64,000 nucleotides of DNA. It comes from Clostridiaceae bacterium (lineage in GTDB: Bacteria > Bacillota > Clostridia > Acetivibrionales > DUMC01). The position numbers were made by a program, and so were the translations under genes. Positions 41,873-52,367 of this stretch are shown piece by piece; positions within the stretch are counted from its first letter, which is position 1; the number at the start of each line of letters is the position of its first letter. The stretch covers positions 1,449 to 65,448 of the forward strand of contig DUMC01000151.1 of assembly GCA_012840075.1 (NCBI GenBank), read 5' to 3'. Under the pieces are notes generated by a model. It searched no databases, had not been told where the DNA came from, and worked only from the letters and a program-made list of their open reading frames with translations.

Positions 41873-41905
41873 ATGTATGAGAACAATTTTGAGAGGTGCC
41901 GGGTG

Positions 41906-42709
41906 ATGAACAAGCCATTCTATAAAAAAATAGTAATAATTACTGTTTTTTCTTTAGTATTGCTGCTGCTTAGCGGATGCAGCATCTTACAAAAGCTTGG
42001 AATTGGTGAAAAAAACAATGATGATGAAATCCAGCCTGTGAGTTTTGTTTACATGGATGAGGTAGATGCAGCGAAAATATCGGGGAAAACACCGGTAAAG
42101 CTTTACTTTACGAATGAAGATTATTCTAAATTAGTAGCTGAAATAAGATATATTAAACTTGATGAAAAAAAGAAAAACGATCCTGCAACTTTGGCGACGG
42201 AAATCATGCTGCAATTAATTAAGGGTCCGGCAGAAGGAACAGGTTTAAAAGCCACTATACCGGAAGGGACAAAATTGCATTCACCAATTACGGTTAAAGA
42301 TAAAATTGCTACAGTAGATTTGACTAAAGAATTTGTGGATAACCATCCGGGAGGAAAAGAAGCCGAAAAAATGACGATTTATTCAATTGTAAACTCGCTC
42401 ACACAAGTAAAAGGTATAGAAAAAGTTCAGTTCATAATTGAAGGACAAGTAAAAGAAAGATATAAAGGTAATTTTAAATTTGATACACCTTTTCCACCTA
42501 GTCCATCCATAAACAGTAAGGAACCTCCTGTAAAAGGAAAAGAATCCAGCATTGAATTTTCCGAAGAAAAGGAAACGTCAGGGGATGCTGAAAATCCATC
42601 AGGCGATAACGAATCAGATGATGTAGAAGATATCTCGGAAGAAGCCGAAGAAACTTCCGGTGAAATTGAAGAAACTTCAGACGACACAGGACAGGAAATA
42701 CTTGAATAA
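41906..42709 (+). CDS. gerM: GerMN-domain lipoprotein with an acidic tail
   Basis: Lipobox LSGC, KLYF..LVAE.R, LIKGP, IYSIVNSLT...VQFIIEG. Confidence 0.82.
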   Translation: MNKPFYKKIVIITVFSLVLLLLSGCSILQKLGIGEKNNDDEIQPVSFVYMDEVDAAKISGKTPVKLYFTNEDYSKLVAEIRYIKLDEKKKNDPATLATEIMLQLIKGPAEGTGLKATIPEGTKLHSPITVKDKIATVDLTKEFVDNHPGGKEAEKMTIYSIVNSLTQVKGIEKVQFIIEGQVKERYKGNFKFDTPFPPSPSINSKEPPVKGKESSIEFSEEKETSGDAENPSGDNESDDVEDISEEAEETSGEIEETSDDTGQEILE

Positions 42710-42802
42710 AAAATGCCGAGCATCGGTAAAAAAAAGCTGAAATAAAAAACAATTAACAGATAATAAAGCAACAAGTAACAAAATTAGCAAGTAACAAAAA
42801 CT

Positions 42803-42845
42803 AAAAACTCATTCACTCCTTAAAAAAGGGTTGAATGAGTTTTAT
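42803..42845. terminator. Bidirectional intrinsic terminator
   Basis: AAAAACTCATTCA...TGAATGAGTTTTT between convergent genes. Confidence 0.7.
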
Positions 42846-42927
42846 TGTTTTTATCTTCAAAAGACGGAACTATATCATCAATCTATAGAATACAATCAAT
42901 CTATAGAGGGTACTAAATCAACGGGCA

Positions 42928-43146
42928 CTACATCAATCCGCATCTGTTACCGCATTTGCCGGCGTTAGGGCAAGCAGCCATTTCATTTTTTCTTGAAATG
43001 GAATAATTAAGATTTTTAAAAACCGGGCTTAATTCATTACTCCCGCATTTAGGACATTTAATGAGTTTTTGTTCTCGCTCACTCATTTTTGCCATTACAT
43101 TAAATTCCTCATTGCAATTATCACATTTTAAGTCATAAAAAGGCAT
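42928..43146 (-). CDS. FmdB-family zinc-ribbon protein
   Basis: MPFYDLKCDNC...CPKCGS with a Cys-rich tail. GGAGGT RBS. Confidence 0.85.
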   Translation of the reverse strand: MPFYDLKCDNCNEEFNVMAKMSEREQKLIKCPKCGSNELSPVFKNLNYSISRKNEMAACPNAGKCGNRCGLM

Positions 43147-43402
43147 CTTAAGGCACCTCCGTCTAAATAAAGCTAAAGCTGTGTAGAAAACCGGCATGGT
43201 TTAGTTAATTAATTATATTTTGTGTTTTATTGTTATTATAGCATAAAAAAGCTGCTGTAACAATGTGAAGGGTATAAATTAATAAACGCACCCACTTGAA
43301 GGTATGATTCATAAATAGTAAAATGAGTAATATATATTAAAAAGAGAAATATTATTAAATTGTGTTATAAAAGAATTAGAAAAGAGAAATGGCGGGTTAA
43401 AT

Positions 43403-44614
43403 ATGAAAAATAAAAAAAGAATTGCCGTAATATTTGGCGGTCAGTCTACAGAACACGAGGTTTCAAGGTTTTCGGCCCAATCCGTAATTGAAAATCTCGA
43501 TAAGAATAAATTTGAAGTAGTTATGATAGGAATAACAAAAGAAGGTAAATGGTTGAAATATAACGGACCTGTTGAAAAAATCGGAAGCGGTGAATGGGAG
43601 GAAATAGCAGTAAGGCAGAGGTTAGAAAATATAAAAAACATTAAAAGCCTGCCGCGTTATGATGGTTTTCAACAATCAGATGAGGAAGATAATGAAGATT
43701 CTAATGATTATTGCGATAATTATCAAATAGATAACAATAATTCCGCAAGGGAGATTTTGCTTGCAACAGGAGTAGAAGACGGGAACAATAAAATAGATGT
43801 TGTATTTCCTGTATTGCACGGGCTTAATGGCGAGGATGGAACCATACAGGGTTTGTTTGAACTTGCCAACATTCCTTATGTAGGTTGCGGTGTTTTAGGT
43901 TCTGCTTTAGGCATGGATAAAGCTATTGCCAAAATTATATTTGAAAAAGAAGGTATTCCTATCGGCAAGTATGTAGCTTTCAGCAAAAAACAATTCTTTG
44001 AGAATCAGCAGAACATAATAGGAGAAATAGAGAAAAAACTTGGTTATCCTTGCTTTGTAAAACCCTGTAATTCAGGTTCGTCTGTTGGCGTGAGTAAGGC
44101 AAAAAACAGAGATGAACTAATTGAAGCCGTAAACTATGCCACAAACTTTGATCGCAGAATTTTAGTTGAAGAGTTTATAAACGGCAGGGAAATTGAATGT
44201 GCGGTATTGGGAAACGATAATCCTGAAGCTTCTACGGTAGGAGAAATAATACCGGGTAACGAATTTTACGATTACGATGACAAATACAGTAGCGAAAGCA
44301 GGTCAAAGCTTGTTATACCTGCAGAACTTCCAAGTGAAACAATCGAGAAGATCAGGGAATATGCCGTCAGGGCATTTAAAGCGTTGGATTGTTCAGGTCT
44401 TGCAAGAGTAGATTTTTTTGTCCACAAGGAAACAGGAGAAATCTACATAAATGAAGTTAACACAATGCCCGGTTTTACAAAAATAAGCATGTATCCAAAG
44501 TTATGGGAAGCCAGCGGGTTGCCTTATAGCAAACTACTTGAAAAACTAATTGATCTTGCTGTAGAAAGGCACAATGAGAAAGAAATGATACGAAAAATTC
44601 AAAGAGGGAATTAA
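43403..44614 (+). CDS. ddl: D-alanine--D-alanine ligase
   Basis: FGGQSTEHEVS, LHGLNGEDGTIQG, GSSVG, FYDYDDKY, NEVNTMPGFT. Confidence 0.96.
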   Translation: MKNKKRIAVIFGGQSTEHEVSRFSAQSVIENLDKNKFEVVMIGITKEGKWLKYNGPVEKIGSGEWEEIAVRQRLENIKNIKSLPRYDGFQQSDEEDNEDSNDYCDNYQIDNNNSAREILLATGVEDGNNKIDVVFPVLHGLNGEDGTIQGLFELANIPYVGCGVLGSALGMDKAIAKIIFEKEGIPIGKYVAFSKKQFFENQQNIIGEIEKKLGYPCFVKPCNSGSSVGVSKAKNRDELIEAVNYATNFDRRILVEEFINGREIECAVLGNDNPEASTVGEIIPGNEFYDYDDKYSSESRSKLVIPAELPSETIEKIREYAVRAFKALDCSGLARVDFFVHKETGEIYINEVNTMPGFTKISMYPKLWEASGLPYSKLLEKLIDLAVERHNEKEMIRKIQRGN

Positions 44615-44665
44615 ATAAGCAAATTAATAGCTATATATATAAAATGTGGAAGTCAGGAGAGGGAG

Positions 44666-45478
44666 ATGGATAACAGACCTATTGGTATTTTTGATTCCGG
44701 GCTCGGGGGATTAACGGTTTTGAAGGAAATAAGGGCGTTGATGCCTAAAGAAAGCCTGGTGTATTTTGGTGACAGCGGAAGGGCTCCTTATGGCACAAAA
44801 TCAAGGGAAACTGTTATAAAATATACTTTGCAGGATGTAAGATTTCTGTTAAAACATGATATTAAGATGATTGTTGTGGCATGTAATACTGCAAGTGCTC
44901 TAAGCCTTGAAAAGATAAAAGAAAATGTGGATGTACCTGTGGTTGAGGTGATAAAGCCAGGAGCGTTAACAGGGGTGAAGAGTACCCGAAATAAGAAGAT
45001 AGGAGTTATAGGAACTCCGGCTACTATAAATAGCAGGGCTTATGAAAAAGAGATAAAAAGGTTGGATGAATCCATACAAGTTTTTTCCAAAGCATGTCCC
45101 CTTTTTGTTCCGTTAGTTGAGGAAGGACCTGAATGGTGGGAAAACGAAGTTGCGTATAAAATTGCACTTGAGTATCTTTCATCTTTAAGGAATGAAAAAA
45201 TAGATACCCTTGTTCTTGGGTGCACGCATTATCCTTTATTACAAAAAGTAATATCTTCGGTAATGGGAGACGGAGTAAATCTGGTAAGCTCTGCGTATGA
45301 GGCGGCAAAAGCCGTAAAAAAAATATTGGACAAAAATGAGATGAATAGTGATGAAAAAAATAAACCTATCTACAAATACTATACAAGTGACAGCGTTGAA
45401 AAATTTAAACCTTTTTGCAGTGCGATTTTAAACGATGAAATTATTTCTGTTGAGAAAATTGATATTGAAAAATACTAA
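44666..45478 (+). CDS. murI: Glutamate racemase
   Basis: FDSGLGGLTV, ACNTAS, LGCTHYP. Confidence 0.96.
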   Translation: MDNRPIGIFDSGLGGLTVLKEIRALMPKESLVYFGDSGRAPYGTKSRETVIKYTLQDVRFLLKHDIKMIVVACNTASALSLEKIKENVDVPVVEVIKPGALTGVKSTRNKKIGVIGTPATINSRAYEKEIKRLDESIQVFSKACPLFVPLVEEGPEWWENEVAYKIALEYLSSLRNEKIDTLVLGCTHYPLLQKVISSVMGDGVNLVSSAYEAAKAVKKILDKNEMNSDEKNKPIYKYYTSDSVEKFKPFCSAILNDEIISVEKIDIEKY

Positions 45479-45528
45479 CTTTAATGCTAGATTTAATAAA
45501 GCATTATTGCAAAAGAGGAGGGATTTCT

Positions 45529-45966
45529 ATGGAGAAAAATGTAATAATTTCAGTTATAGGCAGTCAAACTACAGGGCACGGAGATTCCAGCGCACTTGAA
45601 TTGGTAACTGAAGGCAAGTATTATAAGGAGGGCAACACATATTATATTAAATACAATGAAAGTGAAGTAACGGGTCTGGAGGGAACTACTACTACGATAA
45701 AGGTCGATAATGATGTTGTAACCTTGATGCGTGAAGGCTCAGTGAATTCGCAATTTGTGTTTCAAAAAGGTAAAAAACATATTTCATATTATGATACCGC
45801 ACATGGAGCATTTGTTGTAGGAATATTTGCTAATAATGTGGATATAAAAATGGATGACAGCGGCGGAGAAATAAGCATTGATTATCAAATTGATATTGAC
45901 AATAACAGTACGGGAAATAATGATTTTTATATGTCAGTTAGAGAGGTAGGAAATTCAAATGACTAA
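45529..45966 (+). CDS. DUF1934 (YwiB-like) beta-barrel protein
   Basis: YIKYNESEVTGLEGTTTTIK, YDTAHG. Typical position upstream of argS. Confidence 0.85.
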   Translation: MEKNVIISVIGSQTTGHGDSSALELVTEGKYYKEGNTYYIKYNESEVTGLEGTTTTIKVDNDVVTLMREGSVNSQFVFQKGKKHISYYDTAHGAFVVGIFANNVDIKMDDSGGEISIDYQIDIDNNSTGNNDFYMSVREVGNSND

Positions 45967-47653
45967 TCTTATTGAAAATATTAAGGTAACTATTTCAAAT
46001 CTGATTGTACAAGCTTTGTCAAAGGCCATGGAAAAAGGAGAACTACCGGAATTCCAAATTCCGGATGTTTTTATTGAAATACCCAGAGAAAAAGGCCATG
46101 GCGATTTTTCGACGAATATTGCAATGCAGCTAACAAAATTATTACGGATGCCCCCTCAGAAGATTGCTGATAGTGTCATTAATAATATTAACACTGAAGG
46201 TACTTACATCAAAAGAGTTGAAAAAGCGGGACCTGGTTTTATTAATTTCTACCTTGATAATCAATGGTTATATGAAGGACTTAAGATTATTAAAAATGAA
46301 GATAGAGATTACGGAAGAATTAATATCGGAAAAGGCCAAAAAGTGATGGTTGAATTTGTAAGTGCAAATCCTACGGGACCTTTGCACATGGGAAATGCAA
46401 GGGGCGGAGCCTTAGGAGATTGTATTGCAGGGGTCTTAGAAGCTGCAGGATATGATGTCACAAGAGAATTTTACATCAATGATGCGGGAAACCAAATAGA
46501 AAAGTTCGGTGCGTCCTTGGAAGCAAGATATATCCAGCTTCTCAAGGGTGAAAATGCTGTTGAATTTCCCGAGGACGGATATCATGGTGAAGACATAATT
46601 GAGCACGCAAGAGCTTACATCGCACTTTATGGAGACAGCCTCTTGAATGAGGATTCGCAGACAAGACGGAAAAAACTTGCCGAGTATGCCGTACAAAAAA
46701 ATATTTCAGATATCAAGAAAGTATTGGAAGACTATGGAATTGTATACGATGTATGGTTTTCGGAAAAATCCCTGTACGAGAGCGGAGAATTGGAGCAAAC
46801 TCTTAAGTACTTAAAAGATAACGGTTATACGGAAGAAAAAGAGGGAGCTCTCTGGTTTAGATCACCGGACACCGAAGATGAGAAAGAAGCCGTCCTTGTG
46901 AGAAATAACGGCATTCCCACCTATTTTGCATCAGATATAGCCTATCACAGAAATAAATTCCAAAAAAGAGGCTTTGATTGGGTTATTAACTTATGGGGTG
47001 CTGACCACCACGGGCATGTAGCCAGAATGAAAGCTGCCGTAAAAGCCTTGGGAATAGATCCTGACAGACTTGATATAGTGCTTTTCCAATTAGTACGTTT
47101 ATATAGAAACGGTGAAATAGTAAGAATGTCAAAACGTACGGGAAAAGCTATTTCTCTTGCTGACTTGCTCGAGGAAGTAGGAAGGGATGCTGCCCGTTTC
47201 TTCTTTAACATGAAAGCTTCCGGAAGTCATCTTGATTTCGATCTCGATCTTGCCGTAAAACAAACAAATGAAAATCCGGTATTTTACGTACAGTATGCTC
47301 ATGCTCGCATATGCAGCATTATAAGGCTTCTTGAAAGTGAGGGTGTAAAAGTACCCGAGGTTAATGAAACTGATTTAACTTTGCTTAAAGAACAGGAAGA
47401 ACTTGATCTAATCAAAAAGCTTGTTGAATATCCGGAAGAAATAAAGATATCTGCCCAGACTTTGGAACCAAGCAGGTTAACAAGATATGTTATAGATGTA
47501 GCTTCAAGTTTTCACAGCTTCTACAATGCCTGCAGGGTAAAAGGTGCAGAGGAAGACCTGATGAAAGCAAGGTTATTGTTAGTGGACTGCACAAGGATTG
47601 TAATAAGAAATGTACTTAATTTATTGAAAATCAGCGCGCCGGAGAGAATGTAG
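45959..47653 (+). CDS. argS: Arginine--tRNA ligase
   Basis: EFVSANPTGPLHMGN, GADHHG, MSKRTG, YVQYAHAR, APERM. Confidence 0.97.
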   Translation: MTNLIENIKVTISNLIVQALSKAMEKGELPEFQIPDVFIEIPREKGHGDFSTNIAMQLTKLLRMPPQKIADSVINNINTEGTYIKRVEKAGPGFINFYLDNQWLYEGLKIIKNEDRDYGRINIGKGQKVMVEFVSANPTGPLHMGNARGGALGDCIAGVLEAAGYDVTREFYINDAGNQIEKFGASLEARYIQLLKGENAVEFPEDGYHGEDIIEHARAYIALYGDSLLNEDSQTRRKKLAEYAVQKNISDIKKVLEDYGIVYDVWFSEKSLYESGELEQTLKYLKDNGYTEEKEGALWFRSPDTEDEKEAVLVRNNGIPTYFASDIAYHRNKFQKRGFDWVINLWGADHHGHVARMKAAVKALGIDPDRLDIVLFQLVRLYRNGEIVRMSKRTGKAISLADLLEEVGRDAARFFFNMKASGSHLDFDLDLAVKQTNENPVFYVQYAHARICSIIRLLESEGVKVPEVNETDLTLLKEQEELDLIKKLVEYPEEIKISAQTLEPSRLTRYVIDVASSFHSFYNACRVKGAEEDLMKARLLLVDCTRIVIRNVLNLLKISAPERM

Positions 47654-47940
47654 CGGTGAATTACGGATTTTACCTATCATGGGGACATTCCTCAACGTAA
47701 GAGGAATACCTGGAACCCGAGAGAGGTGTGTCCCCGTGTATAACAACAATACCTATGCTTTGTTCACATATTAGACAGAAGAAATCGTTTTCCTGTTTGT
47801 AAGATGGTGCAAAATAAATAAATATAGTTAGACATGGCGGGATCTGCTCCTGATGCTTGAATAATTTATTTTATTTAGCAAAAAATAATCTTGCTGTTAA
47901 ATTTTTTTTGCTAAATAAAGTATAAGGGAGTAGATCTCAT

Positions 47941-48654
47941 ATGAAGAAGAATTCTATGCTGTCCGTCTATTTATTATGGTTGTTGTTGCTTGCAGCTGTT
48001 GTAATAGCGGTACAGTGTTTTAATATGTTTTCCTTGGAGAATAACATGACGGGTGAAAGTACTGAGGTTCTTTCATACTATGGCTCCAGGGGACAGGAAG
48101 TTATCAATATACAGACCAAGCTGAAACGGTGGGGATATTATAAAGGTGAAATTGACGGAATATTCGGGAGACTAACGTATCAAGCCGTAAGAGAATTTCA
48201 GAGGAAAAACGGGCTTAAAGTAGACGGTATAGTAGGTCCTGAAACTCTCGCAGCATTAGGATTGCCAACCGGCCAAGCTGCTCGTGGCACTTCTACTTCT
48301 ACAAATAAGGATCTAAACCTTCTGGCAAGAATTATTCACGGTGAAGCAAGAGGGGAACCATATATTGGCAAGGTTGCAGTAGGAGCGGTTGTTTTAAACC
48401 GTGTGAAAGACAGTCGTTTCCCTAATACCATTGCAGGTGTAATATATCAACCTGGTGCTTTTGATGCGGTGACTGACGGTCAGATAAACCTGCCCCCGGA
48501 CGAAACTTCAATTAAGGCTGCACGTGATGCATTAAACGGGTGGGATCCAACCTATGGTTCACTTTATTATTGGAATCCTGCCACCGCAACAAGTAAATGG
48601 GTTTGGTCTAGGCCGATTGTTACTCAAATTGGAAATCATGTGTTTGCAAGGTAA
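47941..48654 (+). CDS. sleB: Spore cortex-lytic enzyme SleB
   Basis: Signal peptide, PG-binding domain (DGIFG...FQRKNGLKVDGIVG), Hydrolase_2 domain (GEARGEPY, AVVLNRV, IGNHVF). Confidence 0.93.
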   Translation: MKKNSMLSVYLLWLLLLAAVVIAVQCFNMFSLENNMTGESTEVLSYYGSRGQEVINIQTKLKRWGYYKGEIDGIFGRLTYQAVREFQRKNGLKVDGIVGPETLAALGLPTGQAARGTSTSTNKDLNLLARIIHGEARGEPYIGKVAVGAVVLNRVKDSRFPNTIAGVIYQPGAFDAVTDGQINLPPDETSIKAARDALNGWDPTYGSLYYWNPATATSKWVWSRPIVTQIGNHVFAR

Positions 48655-48878
48655 TAACATATTAGTGAAGTAACATATAAGTAAATTAATAATATATTAG
48701 CCACACATCATCACAAACTCCCCGAAACATAATAAATTTTCTTTCTATTATTCTTTTATTATTCTTAAACATTTAAAGTATATTGCCGATATACCTTAAT
48801 AGAGAGATTTTGCTAAAATTTGATACCTAATAATATAAATTCTGAAAAATATATTTGTTAAATGTACGGGGAGTTTTA

Positions 48879-50651
48879 ATGGCCATGTTGAAACATTGTT
48901 ATAAATTTAAAAGGGACAAGTTATGGAATAAACAGGGAAGAGCGTCACTGTTATTGATTGTATATGTTTTAGGTATATTATTGCCTGCTTTCTTTTCGGT
49001 TCAGCCGGTATTTGGCGCGGAACAGTTTAATACAACGAAGCCTTTTGCAGCAGGTTTTGATCATAAAATTGTTGTAAGCGGTATTGTGGAGGAAAACAAT
49101 ACCGCTCTTGGATATATAGCCATATATAATTTTGACGGATTGGCCGAAAACCAGGAAAAAGTTATACAGATATATAATTATTTAGGTGCCGATGAAGTTG
49201 AAGTAATAAAAAATTATCAGAAAAGCCATATTGAATTTATTGAAGAAGGAGATTCGGTGTTTTTGCAACTTGATGAGGATGGATATGTAATTTCCATAAG
49301 TGCAGTAAGCAACTATATTGCAAGATATGGCACTGTAGTTCGCAAGTCTCCTCTTTCAATTGTAGTTGAATATGACAATAAAGCTCAGCAAGTATTTAGA
49401 ATAAACTCCCAAATAAACTTTATATATAAAGGAAAAAAAGTCAGCATTAACCAAGTAAAAGACGGTGATAAAGTAAAGCTGTTGTTGCAAGAGAGCCCCT
49501 ATGGGGATATTTTAAAAGAAGTTACTATAATAGAAGAAATTAGCAACAGCAATTTAAATGTATATAAAGGCAAAGTAATAAGGATAGATGAAATCACCGA
49601 TAAACTCCTTGCAGAAAGACTGCTCCTCTTTAAGAACGGCAGATGGGAAGTAGCCGGAATCAAAGGTATTGCCGGGTTTGCATTGTCCGAAGAATTTTCT
49701 GCTTTTTATGATAACCGGAAAATTAGCATATCAGATGTAAATAAATATTTCAGAAACAATGAAGTGTACATAGTAACAAAAGAGGATTACGGCGGACAAG
49801 AACAAGTAGTGAGCGCTGTATTGAGAAATGAATGGGATACTGAAGTTATATTTAAAGATTCCATTATTCGTACGGTCCCAGGTTCAAAAAGTTTCAATTT
49901 AGCGGGAGATTTAAGAAACATATTTTACTCGGATGAAAGCATAATCATAAAGGACGAACGCTTAGTGAGCGGACTGAGCATAACTGAGGATGATAAAGTA
50001 TATGTAGTTGCCAACAGGGATTGGGACGGAAATTATAAAGCCAGTCTGATTCAAGTATATAATAACGAAAATCTCCCCGGCATATACAGAGGCAGAATAA
50101 AATCAATTGATGAGTTTTGGAGTTTTACTGTTGAGTCCTACTCAGTTTTAGAAGATTTTGGTTGGAAATTTTATAATACCCCTAAAACTTTTAATATCAC
50201 TTTTGATACTAGAATCCTGGATGAAAATGGATTAATCAGCCAGGAAGATTTTACACCATACGGTGAGGATAGTTATTTAGGAAAGGTAGTTTACGTAATT
50301 GCTGACAGCGTGGATGCAATTCTGGTCAGTACAGCGCCTTATGGTAGCTACGTTTTCAAAGGTGAAGTATATAGATTGGAAGGGACGGTAATAGGTCAAG
50401 AAGGCAGCATTATTGAAGAACCGGATGAAATTAACGTAGTGAATGTAAAGGTATACGATGATGAAAAGAAAATGTGGACTGAGCTTGATTTTAAGGAATC
50501 GATTATACGGATACTTAACAACAGTATAATAATTAAAGACGGAACGATAATTAAACCGTCACAACTTGAAAAGGGAGATAAAATCAGGTTTATAAAGAGA
50601 GATAAAACGAAAGAGGGAGACTCTTATTTAATAATTGTGGAGCGGGGGTAA
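48879..50651 (+). CDS. Secreted beta-rich repeat protein of unknown function
   Basis: Signal-like N-terminus and repeated G-x-(V/I)...GD(K/S)V modules. Lies 2 nt from the next gene. Confidence 0.75.
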   Translation: MAMLKHCYKFKRDKLWNKQGRASLLLIVYVLGILLPAFFSVQPVFGAEQFNTTKPFAAGFDHKIVVSGIVEENNTALGYIAIYNFDGLAENQEKVIQIYNYLGADEVEVIKNYQKSHIEFIEEGDSVFLQLDEDGYVISISAVSNYIARYGTVVRKSPLSIVVEYDNKAQQVFRINSQINFIYKGKKVSINQVKDGDKVKLLLQESPYGDILKEVTIIEEISNSNLNVYKGKVIRIDEITDKLLAERLLLFKNGRWEVAGIKGIAGFALSEEFSAFYDNRKISISDVNKYFRNNEVYIVTKEDYGGQEQVVSAVLRNEWDTEVIFKDSIIRTVPGSKSFNLAGDLRNIFYSDESIIIKDERLVSGLSITEDDKVYVVANRDWDGNYKASLIQVYNNENLPGIYRGRIKSIDEFWSFTVESYSVLEDFGWKFYNTPKTFNITFDTRILDENGLISQEDFTPYGEDSYLGKVVYVIADSVDAILVSTAPYGSYVFKGEVYRLEGTVIGQEGSIIEEPDEINVVNVKVYDDEKKMWTELDFKESIIRILNNSIIIKDGTIIKPSQLEKGDKIRFIKRDKTKEGDSYLIIVERG

Positions 50652-50653
50652 AC

Positions 50654-52219
50654 ATGAAGAAAGTCAGTGTTATTTTGGTTTCATTGTTAATTCTTACATT
50701 CATTTTTGAACCTATCCAAACCTTTGCTCAAAAGGGTGATAACGGGTACGAAGGCGGTATTACCGTAGGTGTTCGTGAAGACAGAACTCCAATGCAATAT
50801 CAGGAAGTTTGCTTTATCACAGGTGAGCCTTTGGTTCTAAAAGGTACTCTTACCATAAATAAATCTAAAAAGCAGGATACAATAATTACAACATATAATT
50901 ATACACTGAGAAATGATGATGTAGGAGCGGTTTTGACGAGAAACTTTACATATAATATACAGTTGTCGGACGGCGGAAACGGAAACAATCAGCAAATTGA
51001 AAAGGTAACCTTGGGAAGAAATTTTACGGAAGTGCTTAGATTAGTAAATGGCGATACTTATGTTCTCACAAACTATGATTTTGATTTCTCAAGCCTGACC
51101 GATACTCGCCCGGCCATAAATTATTATGCCGGTACTTTAAATGCAAGGAAAGTCTACCGGATCGGCAATAGTGATAACGGGAGGACTGTGACACAGGAAA
51201 TAACCGGAAAAGTACACGGGTATAATCAATATTGGGGAAGTGTTGAACTGGCTTCTCTTGATTATGTAATAAATTGGGCAACACCTACGGCCCAATGGGG
51301 CGGTACGGCTCATATTAATCTTTCGAATACTGTTACAAACGAATTTAAATATGTAGACAACATACCCGAAGAGATCAGTTTTAAAGGAAGATATGTACAG
51401 TTTACGAATTACAACAGTACCTTGATATACACCTTCAGTGCTCCTGAGCTTGATACTGAAGGTGAACCTACGTATAGGACGGTGGAAAAGCAAGGGAGCT
51501 TAAAACTTGAGAATCAACCCACTCAAAAAAGCCTTGTAGTACCTGAATTATCATATTTAAGAGGACACTGGCTTGAGGAAGAAATGAAAAGGTTATATAG
51601 CCTTCAGATCTTTAAAGAAAACGAAAACAAAATTATTCCTGAAAATTACATAACGAGGGGAGAATTTGTTGCAGCGGTCATGGAAGTGATAAAAGAAGTG
51701 CCTGAAGATCCTTCTTTAAAAGACAGGACTTCGGAAAGAAGAACTACAAGCACCAGGATGAGAGGAAGAGGAAGAGCGGTTGAAGAAGAGATAGTTTCTC
51801 CTTTTGTAGATTTGCCGGTTGACCATCCGTATTTTAACCAAATAAATAATGCATACAGTAAGTCTTTGGTAAGCGGTAAAGGGCAGGGTAAATTCGGGAC
51901 AGATGACAATATCAGCTTAGAAGAAGCTTTAGTAATACTTATAAGAGCTCTGGGGCTTGAAAACCTGGCTCCCGGTCCAGGTCCTAATGCAATTACTCCC
52001 TTTATTGATGACGATCAGATATCCACTTATGCGAGAAAAGCGATCTATATTGCGAATAGAATAGGTCTGATAACTGCCGATGAAAGAGGATATGTTTATC
52101 CTAAAAAACTGCTTAGCTTTGGAGATGCCGCAGTCTTGCTTGATAAATTTATTAATTATATGTGTGAAGGATTAAAAAATGATTGGGAAAAAAATATAAA
52201 AGATATTTATTCTTTTTAG
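50654..52219 (+). CDS. Secreted protein with C-terminal S-layer homology (SLH) domains
   Basis: Signal peptide; HWLE..ITRGEF, FVDLPVDHPY..ISLEEA, FIDDDQISTYA SLH repeats. Confidence 0.85.
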   Translation: MKKVSVILVSLLILTFIFEPIQTFAQKGDNGYEGGITVGVREDRTPMQYQEVCFITGEPLVLKGTLTINKSKKQDTIITTYNYTLRNDDVGAVLTRNFTYNIQLSDGGNGNNQQIEKVTLGRNFTEVLRLVNGDTYVLTNYDFDFSSLTDTRPAINYYAGTLNARKVYRIGNSDNGRTVTQEITGKVHGYNQYWGSVELASLDYVINWATPTAQWGGTAHINLSNTVTNEFKYVDNIPEEISFKGRYVQFTNYNSTLIYTFSAPELDTEGEPTYRTVEKQGSLKLENQPTQKSLVVPELSYLRGHWLEEEMKRLYSLQIFKENENKIIPENYITRGEFVAAVMEVIKEVPEDPSLKDRTSERRTTSTRMRGRGRAVEEEIVSPFVDLPVDHPYFNQINNAYSKSLVSGKGQGKFGTDDNISLEEALVILIRALGLENLAPGPGPNAITPFIDDDQISTYARKAIYIANRIGLITADERGYVYPKKLLSFGDAAVLLDKFINYMCEGLKNDWEKNIKDIYSF

Positions 52220-52367
52220 TAAAATGATATATAATAAATATCAGGAACAGATAGCTTGAGGACACTCTTCAGGTTAGTTAAATATTTTGGTTTGCAGAGG
52301 AGTGTCCTTATAATTTATTAAGAGGAAAATAATTTCTCATTTAAATTTGGATGAGAGGAGAGTTTTC

